A stretch of DNA of 64,000 nt from Anthoceros angustus (taxonomy: Eukaryota > Plantae > Anthocerotophyta), in NCBI GenBank assembly GCA_010909165.1, contig MU008173.1, forward strand, positions 1,276,883 through 1,340,882, written 5' to 3'. How positions within the stretch are numbered: position 1 is the stretch's first letter; every line of letters starts with the position of its first letter. Shown piece after piece: positions 62,501-64,000 of the stretch. The notes beneath the pieces are model-generated. The model was not told the origin of the DNA. It searched no databases and saw only the letters and a program-made list of their open reading frames with translations. A program made the translations under genes and the position numbers.

Positions 62501-64000
62501 AGAGGAATGAAGATGGAAAAAGGCGCGGTGGTGACCTACCCGAGGAAGCTCGGTGTATGCTCATCGGAGGGTAGACGCCAAGAGGGCCGAAATGGTTGGA
62601 GGAGGATAAGATTCTTGCGACCTCAAGTGGAATCGGTGAGTCAAGGCGCCATAATCGAGGAGCTTCAAGATGAGGTCTCATGGTGAGACAAATGGAAACA
62701 ATGGGCGCCTCTGGAAATTCAAGAAGTCAAGTAGAGATATAAGCGAGAGAGATGAAGCTAGGGCCGAGTCAAGAGAGGTGTAGGCCAAGAAGGCGAGCCA
62801 GCAACCTTGAGAGTCAAGCCACCACCGGGGGAAACTACCACCACGTGGCTAAAACCACCGCCGCGGAAGGAGGAGGAGTGGGAAGTCACCGCAAGCGAGT
62901 AGCGAGAGGGATACGATCCCACAGTCATACCCCACGAAAGCCACCATTGCCTCGAGCCTAGCTGGAATCTACAACCAAGCGTAAACTCGGGCGGAGGAAA
63001 AAACGAGGAGGTGTTTCCTTTAACTTGGCAGAGGCCATCATGGATCGACATTTATGATCACATTCGGACAACTCCTTGAGACAACCCACGGTATGCGGCG
63101 GTCGGGAGGGCATTGAAGGAAGCCCGGCCCAAAACGCCTTCCTAAGCGGGACCAAGACCACTTGCTGTCAACCTAGTATCCATGGTTGACCAAGGGCCAG
63201 CGGAACTCCAGGTAGAGATCGCGGGATGCATCATAAAAGGGGTACCTCTCGATACGGGGTCAGGTGTGAATATCATGACGGAGGAAACGGCCAGAAAATT
63301 GGGGTTGGAAATTGAGCATACAGGCAAGGTTTTGCGTTTGGCAGATATGTCCAGAATGGTGCCAGTAGGAGAACTCACAGGAGTGTTAACGATCGTTGGA
63401 ACCATTCCCTATCTAATGGATTATGTAGTCATCCAGCACAAGTCGCCGGGGTATAGCGTCTTAATTGGTCGAACATGGATGTACGGATCTCAATGCATGC
63501 TCAAATGGGGAAGAAAGGAAGTCGGATTCAAACCACTGGAATGGGATCCTAAGACCAAGGAAGGTAGGATTTGCCTAACCTGGAGTAAGGACATGTCTGT
63601 TGGTGAGACCCCAAAGCGGAAGGATACACCTCCAGAAGACACGTCGGAAAGCAGGAACAAGGGGTCTGGGCGCCCGTGGTAGGCTCATAACTCTGAGGCG
63701 GGACTGGTGTGTTGTGTGGGTTGTGTGAAGTTTGGTCTTAAATGAGCAATCAGCGTGAACCAGTCCACAGGCGCGTGTAAACTCCTTCTTCTTGAGGCGG
63801 GACCCGCAATTGTTTTGTGTCGTTGTGGGTGGAGGTTGGCGATTTTAGCGGTGCAAGTGATGCATTCGTGAAGGAGAGTAAGGCGCCTTGCTCGCTGAGA
63901 ATGAATGTCCTTTGCGGTGGCGTCGGGCATCACCACGACCTCGAACTTTCACAAGTCTCATGGGAATGAAACCCAACAGCGTCGCACGGCGATAATGTGG
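59561..64000 (+). mobile_element. Degenerate GC-rich Ty3/Gypsy-like element (gag-like remnant, retropepsin)
   Basis: ORF 63182-63682 has VEIAG..IKGVPLDTGSGVNIMT...LRLADMS..PVG...VIQ...YSVLIGRTW (retroviral-type aspartic protease). Weak gag-like remnants at ~62370-62600. The 59561-62300 assignment and left boundary are uncertain. Confidence 0.65.

Overview
Eukaryotic, green-plant (streptophyte) nuclear DNA. The short GT-AG introns and compact gene spacing suggest a bryophyte- or charophyte-grade genome, but the species cannot be determined from this window. 1-44.4 kb is gene-dense: a divergent intronless double-AP2 gene, RFC3, an amidohydrolase, a group-6 remorin, a GFT1-type nucleotide-sugar transporter, a Myb/SANT (trihelix-like) gene, a COX14-like gene only 12 nt upstream of and in frame with a Sas10/NGDN-family ORF, agmatine deiminase, NDUFB7, CURT1, a CRAL-TRIO protein and a PEC/POLLUX-like channel. 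44.5-64 kb is a nested transposon stack: LINE, LTR-element accessory ORF remnant, Copia-1, a CMC/Chapaev-like DNA transposon with a 12-bp array, Copia-2 and a Gypsy remnant. Many 1-2 bp homopolymer indels point to long-read consensus errors, so frameshifts alone are not evidence of pseudogenes. All family assignments come from recalled motifs; no database search was run.
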